Positions 9,436 through 23,248 of a stretch of DNA of 64,000 nt are shown piece by piece (the first letter of the stretch is position 1; each line of letters starts with the position of its first letter). Below the pieces are notes generated by a model that was given only the letters and a program-made list of their open reading frames with translations, made no database searches and had not been told where the DNA came from. Source of the DNA: Acidimicrobiia bacterium (GTDB taxonomy: Bacteria > Actinomycetota > Acidimicrobiia > Spongiisociales > ZC4RG35); the NCBI GenBank assembly GCA_965203555.1, contig CBDBCY010000004.1, positions 1,888,001 to 1,952,000 of the forward strand. The letters are read 5' to 3'. The position numbers were made by a program, and so were the translations under genes.

Positions 9436-10938
9436 CTACCTCTCGGCAATGCTAGAAGCGGCAACCAGCAATCGAGAGACTGCGGCGTCAGTTCGGGCAG
9501 AGATCTCAGACGACCATTCTCTGGCCCGTTCCACTCTGGCCCTCACTGAATCACAGTGCTCAAGTACCCGGGAGGGAGCGGAGGAACCCGGCGCATCTCG
9601 GAGAGAGAGCAGCGCTCTCCCGGTTTCCACCCCTGCCGCAACCGCCTCGAAGTCTGTCTTGTAATCCAAGCCTAACTCTTGAGCCGCGTGACGCAGATCC
9701 TCCCCCGTAGGCCACCGCCCCCCCGCTGCATCGGCTTCGGCAACCGCCCGAGCCACCACCCGGTAGGAGCTTCGGTAATCCAAGCCCAGCCCCAGAACCA
9801 GCCTCTCCGCCAGATCGGTGGCCGTCGAATAGTTCTCGCCGGCCGAGCGAGCCAACGCCTCTGGATCCACTTCCATGTCCCTCACCACCTGGCTGCCCAA
9901 CCTCACCAACCGGGTGGCCATTTCCACTGCGGCAATCACCTCGCCATAGGCGTACAACCAGTTGTCGGTTCGGGCCGAAGGGGTTCGCTGGGTGACCATC
10001 AGCCCGGTCGCCTTACCGATCAGGGTTCCGGCTCCTCCCCGGATCACCGACAAAGCGTACGGGTTGCGTTTCTGGGGCAACAGCACCGAAGCGCGTGAGG
10101 AGGAACCGGCCAGCCTTACGTAGCCGAATTGGGGACTGGCGAAGATCTCGAGGTCCTCCGCCAGCCGATCCAGGGTCAACACCGCCTGCCACGAGGCCAC
10201 CGCCGCGTCAACCACCACCTCCGCCGACCACATCCCGTCCCTTATGTGGCCCAGTGGTTCGTCGAATCCCAACCGGAGGGCGAGACGTTCCCGGTCAAGC
10301 GGTATGGTGGTTCCCCCTACTCCACCGGATCCGGCGGGAGACCGGTTGACCCACCTGTGACACACTTGGATGCGTTCCAAGTCACGGGTGGCCTGTTCAG
10401 CAAAACCGCACAGGTAGTAGCCGAAACTGGAGGGCTGCGCCGGTTGTAGATAGGTCGTGTCGTTGTAGACGGCATCCGCCAGCTCCACGCCTCTTCCCAC
10501 CAGAGCGGCGGCTAGGTCGGCGACTGCCTCGTGAAGTTGCAGCAATCGCTCTCGAAGCGCTATCCGCAATGCGATGCGGCCCGCCTCCCGCCGGGTGCGG
10601 CCGGTAGGCAACCATCCTGCCTCAGCTCCCAGACGCCTTTCCAATTCTCGCTCCCGGCTGTTGTAGGCATCGCCATAGAGGGAGTCATAGGGGAACTCAT
10701 CCACCGGCGTCGACCAGAAGTCCAGCAATTCCCGGCACAGTTGGCCGGCGATTCCTGCCGGGAGCACCCCGATCTCGTCCAATTCCAGAACATGGGCCAG
10801 GTCGGCCAGGGACAATCCTTGATGCAAGAACGCCGCGTCGGCCAACTCCAGGGCGTAACCCGCCTCGACCAGGCGCGGCGATGGCCCCGAGGCCAACCGG
10901 CCTTCGGCGCCCAGATAGCCTTGGGGAGGCTTGGTCAT
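9436..10938 (-). CDS. xcbC: Argininosuccinate lyase-like CoM biosynthesis enzyme (XcbC-like)
   Basis: Aspartase/fumarase superfamily: TGRTRRE, TTYLQPAQP, ASVLLPQKRNP; context with comA/etnE. Confidence 0.75.
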   Translation of the reverse strand: MTKPPQGYLGAEGRLASGPSPRLVEAGYALELADAAFLHQGLSLADLAHVLELDEIGVLPAGIAGQLCRELLDFWSTPVDEFPYDSLYGDAYNSRERELERRLGAEAGWLPTGRTRREAGRIALRIALRERLLQLHEAVADLAAALVGRGVELADAVYNDTTYLQPAQPSSFGYYLCGFAEQATRDLERIQVCHRWVNRSPAGSGGVGGTTIPLDRERLALRLGFDEPLGHIRDGMWSAEVVVDAAVASWQAVLTLDRLAEDLEIFASPQFGYVRLAGSSSRASVLLPQKRNPYALSVIRGGAGTLIGKATGLMVTQRTPSARTDNWLYAYGEVIAAVEMATRLVRLGSQVVRDMEVDPEALARSAGENYSTATDLAERLVLGLGLDYRSSYRVVARAVAEADAAGGRWPTGEDLRHAAQELGLDYKTDFEAVAAGVETGRALLSLRDAPGSSAPSRVLEHCDSVRARVERAREWSSEISARTDAAVSRLLVAASSIAER

Positions 10939-11879
10939 GTGACTGCGCTTCCCGCAAACAGGCTGGGCGCTCCGCCGGTCACCACGAACACCACCGGCCC
11001 CTTCACCTCATCGGCCCGTTCCGTCAACGCCGCCAAGGCCGCAGCGCCGAATTCCCGATCCACGTAAACCCCCTCGGTGCTGATCATCAGCCGCGCGGCA
11101 GAGTCGACTTGCCGGGGTTCGGGACAGAGTGCATCCAACACGGTCCAATCTACCTGCGGCCTCACCTCGACTTCCAAGAGGTCGAGAGCGGCTTCTGACA
11201 TGGAGACAATCCGCTGCCGGCATTCTTCCAGTGGACGGTGCACGGAAACTCCCACAATGTGCCTGCGCCGCTGCCCAGGCCTACGATGCCCGGCCACCAG
11301 ACCGGCCTGGGTCCCGCACGACCCGGTGGCCAGCCAGACAGTGGACGCCTCAACGCCCCGGCCGTCCAGCTGAGAATCTATCTCATCGACCGCAGTTACA
11401 TAACCCAATGCGCCCACCGGTCCGGCCCCTCCCCGACCCACCGTGTAGGGTCGGCGCCCCCGCCCTCGAAGTTGTGAGGACACTGTCTCCAACTGCGGGT
11501 CAACAGAATGCCTTGCCGGGTCGCCGGTGAAGGTGATTCCCACCCCCGGCAACCTTTTCAACAGTCGCAGGCAGCCGACCTCCGGGGCGTCCTCGCCGCC
11601 GAACAGCACCACCTCAACTCGCAGACCCCGGCTGAGCGCGGCCGTGGCAGCCAGGAGCACCCAGTTGGATCCGGGACCCCCTCCCGTCACAAAATGGTCG
11701 GCGCCTTGCGCCAAAGCATCTCCCAGCAGATAGTCCAACGGCCTCGCCTTGTTTCCTCCCAACCCCAGTCCGGTCAGATCATCCCGCTTTAGCCACACCT
11801 CCAGGCCCAGGGCCTCCGACAGTCGGGGGGCCGCCACCAGCGGGGTGGGTAGGGTGGCCACCGAAACCCGGGAGATCAA
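10935..11879 (-). CDS. xcbE: D-cysteine desulfhydrase/ACC deaminase-like PLP enzyme (XcbE-like)
   Basis: PTPL...WLKRDDLTGLGLGGNKAR, SN, ATGSCGTQAGL; CoM cluster context. Confidence 0.78.
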   Translation of the reverse strand: MISRVSVATLPTPLVAAPRLSEALGLEVWLKRDDLTGLGLGGNKARPLDYLLGDALAQGADHFVTGGGPGSNWVLLAATAALSRGLRVEVVLFGGEDAPEVGCLRLLKRLPGVGITFTGDPARHSVDPQLETVSSQLRGRGRRPYTVGRGGAGPVGALGYVTAVDEIDSQLDGRGVEASTVWLATGSCGTQAGLVAGHRRPGQRRRHIVGVSVHRPLEECRQRIVSMSEAALDLLEVEVRPQVDWTVLDALCPEPRQVDSAARLMISTEGVYVDREFGAAALAALTERADEVKGPVVFVVTGGAPSLFAGSAVT

Positions 11880-13222
11880 GCACTCTCTCCAAGCACCCGG
11901 TCGACGAAGTCCGGCGCCGCTCCCAGCACCTGCTCCAGGTCGAAAAGACTCTCAATCCCTTCCCGGTCCAGATGCGCCGTCACCCGCCGGTCAGCCAGCA
12001 GGGCCTCAACGAACCCGACTCCCGATTCCACTCCTTTCATCGAAGCCTCATATACGACATCGTGCGCGGTGTGTTTCCCGATCCGGTCGGCCAGCGCCCG
12101 CATCACAGATTCGGCGAATACGAACCCCTGGCGCGCGTCGATGTTCTCCATCATCCGTTCCCCGTCCACCACCAGTCCCTCCAGCAGCACCACTGCGAAT
12201 CCAGTGGATGCCAGGGTCATGGCGCATGCTTGCGGCAACGCCACCCACTCCGCTTTCCACGAACGGCCGTCACGCTCGTGCAGTTGGATCATGGCCTCGG
12301 TCATAACCGCCGCGTCCGCCCGGATCAAGCGGGCCAGCGTGTCGAGGTGTTCGGAGAACTCCGGGTTGCGCTTCTGGGGCATTGTGATGCTTCCCACCGT
12401 CCCGGGAATGAACGGCTCCCGCACCTCTCCCAACTCGAGCCTCTGCAACTCCATGATCTCGTTACCGATCTTGGCGACCGTGGTGGCGGCCATCGCCAAC
12501 AGCAGCACGAACTCGGTCGGCCGATCCCGGCTGGTGATCCAGGAGATGGTGGGCGTCCCCAGACCCAGACGCCCGGCGAACGCCTCCAGAAGAGGACCTG
12601 CCTCCCGCCCCCAGAACTCCATAGTGCCCAGCGCACCGCCCAACTGGACCACCTCCCATCTCTTGCGACCCTCCCTCAGCCGCTGGCGGTGGCGGGAGAA
12701 CTCGTCGGCCCACACCGCCGCCTTGAACCCGAAGGAGATGGGGATGCCTGGCTGGGCGTGGGTGCGTCCCAGCATGGGGGTCGTGCGATGTTTGGCGGCA
12801 TGGTCCCGCGCCGCCTGCTCCAAGCGGGCAAGATCGCGTTCGAGCAGATCCCCGACCTTTTGCATCACCAACGCCGCCCACGTGTCGCTCACATCCTGGA
12901 CGGTGGCGCCGTAGTAGACCCACTCCCGGACCTCCGCAGGCAATTCCTCCCGCAGGAAGCGGATCAGACCGAGAGTCGAATGGCCCGTTGCCCTGGTCCC
13001 CGCCGCCACCCGCTCCAGGTCGAGTTCCATCGCATCCAGATGCGTCCGGATGGTCCGCGCCGCCGAATCCGGCACCAGACCCACCTCGGCCTGTGCTTCC
13101 GCCAGGCATGCCAGAATCTCCAGCCAGGAGGCAAAACGGGCTTCCTCTCCCAGAATCTGTCTTCCCTCCTCGGTTGCCCACAGGTGCCGGTAGACCGTGG
13201 TGTCCCCCAGGTGGATGGTCAT
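11876..13222 (-). CDS. xcbD: Adenylosuccinate lyase-like CoM biosynthesis enzyme (XcbD-like)
   Basis: YGATVQD, GRTHAQP, GSITMPQKRNP, HERD; ATG at 13222 overlaps upstream stop. Confidence 0.78.
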   Translation of the reverse strand: MTIHLGDTTVYRHLWATEEGRQILGEEARFASWLEILACLAEAQAEVGLVPDSAARTIRTHLDAMELDLERVAAGTRATGHSTLGLIRFLREELPAEVREWVYYGATVQDVSDTWAALVMQKVGDLLERDLARLEQAARDHAAKHRTTPMLGRTHAQPGIPISFGFKAAVWADEFSRHRQRLREGRKRWEVVQLGGALGTMEFWGREAGPLLEAFAGRLGLGTPTISWITSRDRPTEFVLLLAMAATTVAKIGNEIMELQRLELGEVREPFIPGTVGSITMPQKRNPEFSEHLDTLARLIRADAAVMTEAMIQLHERDGRSWKAEWVALPQACAMTLASTGFAVVLLEGLVVDGERMMENIDARQGFVFAESVMRALADRIGKHTAHDVVYEASMKGVESGVGFVEALLADRRVTAHLDREGIESLFDLEQVLGAAPDFVDRVLGESA

Positions 13223-14136
13223 CCTACGGCGACTGCTACCTGATCCACGCCGGCCAGCCACCGCAGGGCGCCCCGGACCTCGTCGAGGTTGGCGCCCCAG
13301 GGCACCACCGCCTTCCCATCGGCAAATTCCGTTCCCCGCTCCAGCATGCAGCACTTGACCAGCCACAGCCCGCCGGGATCGGTGCGGTCAACCCGCTTCC
13401 GCGGGCAGATGTCCACTTGCGGGGGTTCGTCCCCGTAGAAGTGACGGTGGAACTGCATTGACCGCTCGCAGCCGATCATCACCCACTCGGAACGGGTGGC
13501 GGGCCTGGTGTCGAGATAGGACAGGTTGCTGGGCAACTCCAGTCCGGCCCCCCGGCAGGGAACCAGGTAGGAGTCGGCGGGCATCCGCCCCGCCAGGTCG
13601 GAGAACGTCACGGCATCCAGCACCAAATCAATGGGTGGCAGATCTTCATCGAACGCCACTACCTGCTGGGCCTGTGTCAGCAGCTTGGGCGGCTCGGGCG
13701 GTGTCACCTCCGTGACATAAACGGGGATCGGAGCGGGCTCCCAGATGAAGTTGATGTGCTCGTACATGCCCTTCACCAGATAGGCCGATACCCCCGGTCG
13801 CGAATTGCGACGAGCGGCGCCCGCCAAGGCGGTGGCGTTGCCGCAGTCCACGGTGGGGTCCTCGACCAGAAGGGTGTGGGCCGGACCGGACCACACGGCC
13901 ACATCCAGCACCGGCACGAACAGGTCGTCGGAATCCGCCCGGGCAACCGCCGCCAGCCCCACTTCGTCACCGTTCACGAGACCCACGTAGTCGGTGCGTC
14001 GGTAGACCTCCCGACCCGTCAGGTAATCCATCATGAACTCAGGGTCCGGTGTGCGATCGACGTGCTGCACCGACAGCCCGCGGTATGGATGCGCCCTTGC
14101 GTTAGGTGAGGGCCTTTCGGCTAACGCCATGACCAT
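13219..14136 (-). CDS. Cys-rich hypothetical protein, candidate XcbA (final CoM biosynthesis step)
   Basis: PCRG, IGCERS, DICP, VKCC motifs; first gene of the xcb-like operon; XcbA identity is inferred from context only. Confidence 0.6.
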   Translation of the reverse strand: MVMALAERPSPNARAHPYRGLSVQHVDRTPDPEFMMDYLTGREVYRRTDYVGLVNGDEVGLAAVARADSDDLFVPVLDVAVWSGPAHTLLVEDPTVDCGNATALAGAARRNSRPGVSAYLVKGMYEHINFIWEPAPIPVYVTEVTPPEPPKLLTQAQQVVAFDEDLPPIDLVLDAVTFSDLAGRMPADSYLVPCRGAGLELPSNLSYLDTRPATRSEWVMIGCERSMQFHRHFYGDEPPQVDICPRKRVDRTDPGGLWLVKCCMLERGTEFADGKAVVPWGANLDEVRGALRWLAGVDQVAVAVG

Positions 14137-14166
14137 TCCCCCAGGTAGCGGAAAAACCTAAGTGTA

Positions 14167-14209
14167 ATGGGAGGCCCTCCTGCCGTCTCGGACGCCGGTG
14201 GCCTCCCAT
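14167..14209 (-). terminator. Hairpin after etnE (terminator or mRNA stabiliser)
   Basis: ATGGGAGGCC (14167-14176) / GGCCTCCCAT (14200-14209) 10-bp inverted repeat. Confidence 0.55.
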
Positions 14210-14231
14210 CTTGTCAAGAAGTGCTCGGGTT

Positions 14232-15341
14232 TTAGCCGCCCAGTTCCTTCCGTACTATCTCGGTTCCGGACACCAGGGCGTGAAGTTTGTCCACAGCTAT
14301 ATAACGCTGCAACAGGATCAACCCGCAGTCGGTGGTCACTCCCAGCTTGTCGGCTGGAACGTATTCCAGAAGCCTGCGAATCCGACCGGCAACCTGCTCG
14401 GCGGTCTCGGCGATGGTGGACTTGACGTCGATCACTCCCGCCCAAAAGCCCACGTTGTCCGGCAGCGGGTGCTCTCGGATCACCTCCAGCCCCGACAGGT
14501 CGTCAGAACGTCGACCGCAGCTTTCCAGGTTGAGCACATCGAAGTTTCCTCCGTATGCCTGGGGAACGATGGCGGCGGTGGCGGCGGGTGCATCGCCTTC
14601 CCGAATGGTCAGGTCGAAGATCTCCCCGGCTTCAGCCGTCTCGTCGGGGTAGTACGCCGGAGTACCGCCCCAGTTACCCCAGCAGATGTGAACGATGATC
14701 TGGGCGTTCTGCACGCCCTGGACAGCCCGGTTGAATGCCTCGATAGCCCAGTCCTCATAGAAGTACGGCCATGTGAATTCATCCAACTGGATGAAGTCGA
14801 TCCCCATGGCGTCCACTTCCAGAATGTCCTCGTTGACCGCCTCGGCAATTGCCATCGCTCTGTCGTAGGGGGCGTCGTAATAGAGGTCGTTGGTGGCCTG
14901 GGCCAGAACCTGGATGCCCGTGTATTGGATCTTGGTCGGCTTGTTGGTGGCTCTCCTGAGGGCTCGGGCCTGCTCCACCATGATTGCGCCGCGCCGCTTG
15001 ACCTCCTGGGTGAGCGTGCCGGCGTGCAACCGACTGTAGATCGGGAACCCCAGGAAACCGCCCTTCAGGTCGTAGCCGAGACGCTTGTAGTAGTAGTAAA
15101 GCGCCTGGTCGGCGTAGTTATCGCCATGCACACGCCCGTCGGTGATGATGTCAAGACCGGCGTTTTCCTGGTCGGTGGCCAGTGCGGACATGGCGTCCTC
15201 CAAGGCCTCCCTTACGTAGGCGTCGGGTGGCTCCTGGTCGCCGGTCCATTCCCGAACGACATGGGCATCCCACCACCTCGGGTTTGGGTAGTTTCCCACC
15301 ATCGAGGTGGGAATGGTTACCTCTTGACCCCTGATCTGCAT
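14232..15341 (-). CDS. etnE: Epoxyalkane:coenzyme M transferase (MetE-like Zn enzyme)
   Basis: GNYPNPRWWD and DVKSTIAETAE match recalled EaCoMT conserved blocks; Zn ligands HIC...E...DCG; RBS AAGGAGG. Confidence 0.9.
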   Translation of the reverse strand: MQIRGQEVTIPTSMVGNYPNPRWWDAHVVREWTGDQEPPDAYVREALEDAMSALATDQENAGLDIITDGRVHGDNYADQALYYYYKRLGYDLKGGFLGFPIYSRLHAGTLTQEVKRRGAIMVEQARALRRATNKPTKIQYTGIQVLAQATNDLYYDAPYDRAMAIAEAVNEDILEVDAMGIDFIQLDEFTWPYFYEDWAIEAFNRAVQGVQNAQIIVHICWGNWGGTPAYYPDETAEAGEIFDLTIREGDAPAATAAIVPQAYGGNFDVLNLESCGRRSDDLSGLEVIREHPLPDNVGFWAGVIDVKSTIAETAEQVAGRIRRLLEYVPADKLGVTTDCGLILLQRYIAVDKLHALVSGTEIVRKELGG

Positions 15342-15437
15342 AAAGCCTCCTTGCTCGGATAGCTCGCATAATAAACCGGCAGGGTCTTCCGTGCCCCTGA
15401 GACGGGCCAGAATCTGCGCGCAGAGAACCCGAACGGT

Positions 15438-16163
15438 TCAGCGGACCGTCCACCCCCCGTCCACCACCATTCCGTGTCCGGTCATGTAGGAGAGGCGATC
15501 AGAAGCCAGCAGGGAAATGGCGTCAGCGATGTCATCGACCTGGGCTACCCGTCCCACCGGTATTTGGGTTTCGATGGCTGCTCTCAACTCGGGCTGGTCC
15601 AGGCGCCAGGCGGTCATGGGAGTCTCCGTCATTCCCGGACAGACCGCATTGGAACGGATACCGTCGGCCGCATAGTCCACCGCGATGGACTTGGCCAGCA
15701 GGAGAGCAGCCCCCTTGGAGACCGAATAAGCCGCCCGGCCGGGGAAGGGATTTATCGACGCCACCGAAGCCACGGTGATGATATGACCCGACCGACGACG
15801 GACCATCGACCGCAGCGCCTGGCGCGAGCACAAATAAAGGCCTCGCACATTCACGGCCATGACACGCTCCCACTCCTCGAGTGGTGTCTCATGAAGGCGG
15901 GTGGCCTCCGCCGTACCGGTGATTCCTGCATTGTTGATCAAAACGTCCACCGGTCCCAACTGTTCCGCAACCGCGGAGAAGGCCGCCTCGACCTGCCCGG
16001 GATCGGAGACGTCCACCTCAAGGCCCAGTCCCTCCCCGGCAGCCTGGGCGGCCCGTTCTCCGTCGAGGTCGAGCACCGCCAAGTTGAAGCCCTCCCGGCG
16101 GAGTCGCCCACAGGTGGCCCACCCGATTCCCGACCCCCCGCCTGTAACAACCGCCACGCTCAT
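15438..16163 (-). CDS. xecD: 2-(R)-hydroxypropyl-CoM dehydrogenase-like SDR
   Basis: NNAGITG..EA..LH.TP, FPGRAAYSVSKG, CPGMTETPMTAWRLDQPELR; the Arg residues in FPGR and WRLD correspond to the sulfonate-binding arginines of R-HPCDH. Confidence 0.85.
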   Translation of the reverse strand: MSVAVVTGGGSGIGWATCGRLRREGFNLAVLDLDGERAAQAAGEGLGLEVDVSDPGQVEAAFSAVAEQLGPVDVLINNAGITGTAEATRLHETPLEEWERVMAVNVRGLYLCSRQALRSMVRRRSGHIITVASVASINPFPGRAAYSVSKGAALLLAKSIAVDYAADGIRSNAVCPGMTETPMTAWRLDQPELRAAIETQIPVGRVAQVDDIADAISLLASDRLSYMTGHGMVVDGGWTVR

Positions 16164-16231
16164 AACTGTGGTCCCTTCTTCTCGACTTGTCTGGTCGGAC
16201 TCGAACGCCGATCGAGGTCTACAATCGGCTT

Positions 16232-17002
16232 ATGGCCAAACTAGCAGGAAAAACGACTCTGGTGACCGGCGCGGGAGGGTCGATCGGCAGAGCCGCCGCC
16301 CAACTGTTCGCCGCCGAAGGCGCCTCCGTGGCAGCAGTGGATATCGATAACACCGCCGCCCGGGAAACGGTCCGACTCATCGAGCGGGACGGTGGAACAG
16401 CCTTGGCCTTGACGGCCGACGTAGCGGCGGCTGATCAAATCACCATGGCGGTCGACCGGGCAGCGGAGGTTCTGGGTGGCCTGGACGTGGTGTACAACAA
16501 TGCCGGGGTGGGTTCAAAAGGCTCGGTTGCCGACGCATCGGAATCCGACTGGGATCGCTGTTTCGACGTCAACGTCAAAGGAACCTTCCTGACTTCCAGG
16601 GCTTCCATACCTTATCTTCGCGAATCCGTTGGAGGCGCCATCGTGAACCAGGCCTCGGTGGCCGCCCTGGTGGGAGTGGCGGGGATGGCTGCCTATGGCG
16701 CCGCCAAGGGCGCCCTGGTAGCCCTCACCCGTTCGATGGCCGTGGATCTGGCGCCCCTGGGAATCCGGGTGAACGTGGTATGTCCGGGGACCGTCCACAC
16801 CCCGTTGATAGAGCCACTGCTACGCCAACGAGGGAAGGGGGACCTGGAACTGGGGATGAAAATGACCACCGTGAAGTATCCGATAGGCAGACTGGGAACA
16901 CCGATGGAAATCGCCCAGGCGGCCTTGTTCCTGGCCTCTGATAATGCGAGTTTCGTCACCGGCGCCGTTTTCACCGTGGACGGCGGGATGACCGCCCAGT
17001 AG
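16232..17002 (+). CDS. SDR dehydrogenase, S-HPCDH (XecE)-like
   Basis: TGAGGSIG, NNAG, MAAYGAAKG, CPGTV, KYPIGRLGTP, FVTGAVFTVDGGMTA; TACAAT 6 nt before ATG. Confidence 0.75.
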   Translation: MAKLAGKTTLVTGAGGSIGRAAAQLFAAEGASVAAVDIDNTAARETVRLIERDGGTALALTADVAAADQITMAVDRAAEVLGGLDVVYNNAGVGSKGSVADASESDWDRCFDVNVKGTFLTSRASIPYLRESVGGAIVNQASVAALVGVAGMAAYGAAKGALVALTRSMAVDLAPLGIRVNVVCPGTVHTPLIEPLLRQRGKGDLELGMKMTTVKYPIGRLGTPMEIAQAALFLASDNASFVTGAVFTVDGGMTAQ

Positions 17003-17005
17003 TCG

Positions 17006-17920
17006 ATGGCATTCTATCTCCACGCCGATAAACTGACCGACCTCAACTCGGCAGCGCGGCTGGTCCCCAACGGTGGACTGGTGGCGTTGGGAGGTAGCCT
17101 GTCGGCTCGGCTTCCAATGGCGTTGGTGCGGGAGTTGATCCGCCTCGAGACTGCCGAGTTGCACGTGGTGGGATCCGCCCACTCGATCGACGTGGACCTG
17201 TTGGTGGCCGCCGGCGCCATCAAGGTGTGCGAGCAGAGCTACGTCGGGTTTGAACAGGATCATGGCTTGGCGCCTGCCTTCCGCCGGGCTGCCCAGAACG
17301 GAGAACTGGAGGTCCGGGAGAGCTGCTGCGATACCGTCCTGACCCAGATAAGGGCGGCTGAGATGGGACTGCCGTTTCTTCCCGTACGAGGAGTGAAGGG
17401 GACCGGCATCAGGGAACTTCACCCCGAATACGGGGAGGTGACCTGCCCCTTCACGGGTGAGACCTTGGTGGCGGTCCCCGCCCTCTCTCCGGACGTGGCG
17501 CTTATCCATGCTCCGATGGGAGATCGGGCCGGGAATCTTCACTTGGAGCAGCCCTACGTACTGGACGAGCGATTCGCGGCCGGTTCAGCGGCGGTGGTGG
17601 CCACCGTGGATCAGATTGTCTCCACTCAACAGGTGGCAGAAGCCGGCATCGTGATTCCGGCCTACAGGGTTGCGGCGGTATCGGAGGCGCCTTTCGGCGC
17701 ACATCCCACCTCGGCCTTTCCCGGGTATGCCTACGACCGAGCCCATCTTGCGGAATGGGTCAAAGCGGCAAACACTCCACAGGGTGCCGCGGCATACCTC
17801 AACCACTACGTGACCTCAACCGACGAAGCCGGATACCGGGATTTGATCGGCGAACATCGCCTGGCTCGGTTGAAGGGTTACTCCGAATCCACCGAGTCTT
17901 GGATGAGTCTTTACTCATGA
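17006..17920 (+). CDS. CoA-transferase subunit A (glutaconate CoA-transferase-like)
   Basis: PMALVRELIR, RAAEMGLPFLP, CPFTGE.LVAVPAL.PDVALIHA, PFGAHP. Confidence 0.88.
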   Translation: MAFYLHADKLTDLNSAARLVPNGGLVALGGSLSARLPMALVRELIRLETAELHVVGSAHSIDVDLLVAAGAIKVCEQSYVGFEQDHGLAPAFRRAAQNGELEVRESCCDTVLTQIRAAEMGLPFLPVRGVKGTGIRELHPEYGEVTCPFTGETLVAVPALSPDVALIHAPMGDRAGNLHLEQPYVLDERFAAGSAAVVATVDQIVSTQQVAEAGIVIPAYRVAAVSEAPFGAHPTSAFPGYAYDRAHLAEWVKAANTPQGAAAYLNHYVTSTDEAGYRDLIGEHRLARLKGYSESTESWMSLYS

Positions 17921-18716
17921 AGTTCACCTTCGACGAGTGGTTCGTGGTGGAGTTGGCGCGAACCATCCGGGACGGAGAGGTCACCTTCCACGGCTTCGCC
18001 AGCCCCTGTGCGCAGGTCGCAATGCACTTGGCCAAGCGCACCCACGCCCCCAACATGATGCTGATCGAAGGGGCCATGTACGCAGTGAATCCTGAGCCTG
18101 CGTTCATCCCGCCTACGGGTAATGACGCCGTCCTCAAGCAGGGGGCGGTGTACTCCATGCGTTTCGAGGAGTTCTTCGACGCCGCCGTGCGGGGAGACAT
18201 TGATCGCATGTTCCTTTCGGGGATCCAGATCGATCGCTACGGAAACGCCAACCTCACCGCGGTTGGGGGAATGCCCCGGCCCAAGGTGAAGATCGGCGGC
18301 GGCGGGGGGGGATGCAACGTCTCAGCAACGATCCGGCACCTGACGATCTGGAGCACCAACCACCGGCCGGGGCGCTGCCTGGTCTCCGAATGTGACTTCA
18401 TCACAGATGTCGGTCATAGGACCCCGGCGGGTACCAGGGCGGAGTTGGGATATACGGGCGGCGGCCCCGACTGGATGGTCACCGAACTGGGTGTGTTCGA
18501 TTTTCCCGAGGGAAAGGCACGTCTACGTCGAGTCTTCCCCGATGTGACAGTGGACGATATAGAGAGGGTCACCGGATTCGATCTGCAGGTCTCCCCTGAC
18601 CTGACGGCAGTCGATCTGCCTGACCGGACCCAGATCGAGATGGCCCGAGAGTTGGACCCGCTGGGCATTAGGAGGAACGAGTTCCGGCCGCAGGAACTTC
18701 AGAGAACGTTCTTCCT

Positions 18717-18720
<4 letters not shown>
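17917..18720 (+). CDS. CoA-transferase subunit B
   Basis: THAPNMMLIEG, FLSGIQIDRYGNANLT, GGGGG, VTELGVFDF; ATGA overlap. Confidence 0.88.
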
Positions 18721-22368
<3,648 letters not shown>

Positions 22369-22378
22369 AGTCGGTCGC

Positions 22379-23245
22379 ATGCCCACTTGGCTAGAGATTG
22401 GCGTCCCTGCGGAGGTCATCGAGTCCCGCGCCGGCAGGGATGTCGGCGTCGGGGTGACCATGGTTATCGACAGCGGCCTAGGCCTGGCCGCTACCCGGGA
22501 CATCCTGTCCGTTGCCGGGCAATGGATCGACCACTGGAAGCTGAGCTTCGGCACGTCGGCCCTGATGCCCGAGAACCTCCTTCGGGAGAAGCTGGCGCTG
22601 ATCAGGAGTGCCGGGCTCTTGGTCTTCCCCGGGGGAACGCTGTTCGAATCCGCCGTCCTTCACGGCCATGGTGAGGTCTACTTCGAGAAGGCTGCCGAAC
22701 TCGGCTTCACCGCGGTGGAGATCTCGGAGGGAACTCTCGATCTGCCGACCAACCAGAGGCTGTCATCCATCCAGGCCGCTGCCGGCGCCGGCCTCATCGT
22801 GATCTCGGAAGTGGGCAAGAAAGATCCTCTCGGGCAACCCAGCCCTCCGGAGTTGGCGGAACAAGCGCTGATGGATCTCGAAGAGGGTGCTCGCTGGGTG
22901 GTGGTGGAAGGCAGGGAATCGGGGCGAGGCGTGGGGGTCTTCAGCAACACCGGCGGGGTCAACATGGAGGCGGTGGAAACCATCGCCCTCCACGTCGGCG
23001 ACGCCGTAGACCGGCTGGTGTGGGAGGCACCCATAAAGAGCCAGCAGGTCACCTTCATCCAACGGTTCGGACCCAATGTCAGCCTTGGCAATATTGATCC
23101 CACCCAAGTGCTGGCGCTGGAGGCCCTTCGGGCCAGCCTGCGATTCGAGACCCTACAACCCCTGGTCAGGCAACAACTGGCGGATCCGGACGAATGGCGG
23201 GAGAAAACAGGCCTCCTATGGGCGGCTTCTTTTCCTACTCCCTGA
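22379..23245 (+). CDS. comA: Phosphosulfolactate synthase (ComA/XcbB)
   Basis: GVTMVIDSG, DHWKLSFGT, PGGTLFE, EISEGT, SEVGKK, VEGRESG, WEAP, GPNVSLGN, LEALR. Confidence 0.9.
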   Translation: MPTWLEIGVPAEVIESRAGRDVGVGVTMVIDSGLGLAATRDILSVAGQWIDHWKLSFGTSALMPENLLREKLALIRSAGLLVFPGGTLFESAVLHGHGEVYFEKAAELGFTAVEISEGTLDLPTNQRLSSIQAAAGAGLIVISEVGKKDPLGQPSPPELAEQALMDLEEGARWVVVEGRESGRGVGVFSNTGGVNMEAVETIALHVGDAVDRLVWEAPIKSQQVTFIQRFGPNVSLGNIDPTQVLALEALRASLRFETLQPLVRQQLADPDEWREKTGLLWAASFPTP

Positions 23246-23248
23246 GGT

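Noticed and set aside
9436-13222. argH, purB and ACC deaminase as primary-metabolism genes
   Set aside because: Divergent signatures and joint occurrence with comA fit the Xcb CoM pathway better
14232-15341. Cobalamin-independent methionine synthase call
   Set aside because: EaCoMT-specific blocks and the xecC/comA context favour epoxyalkane:CoM transferase
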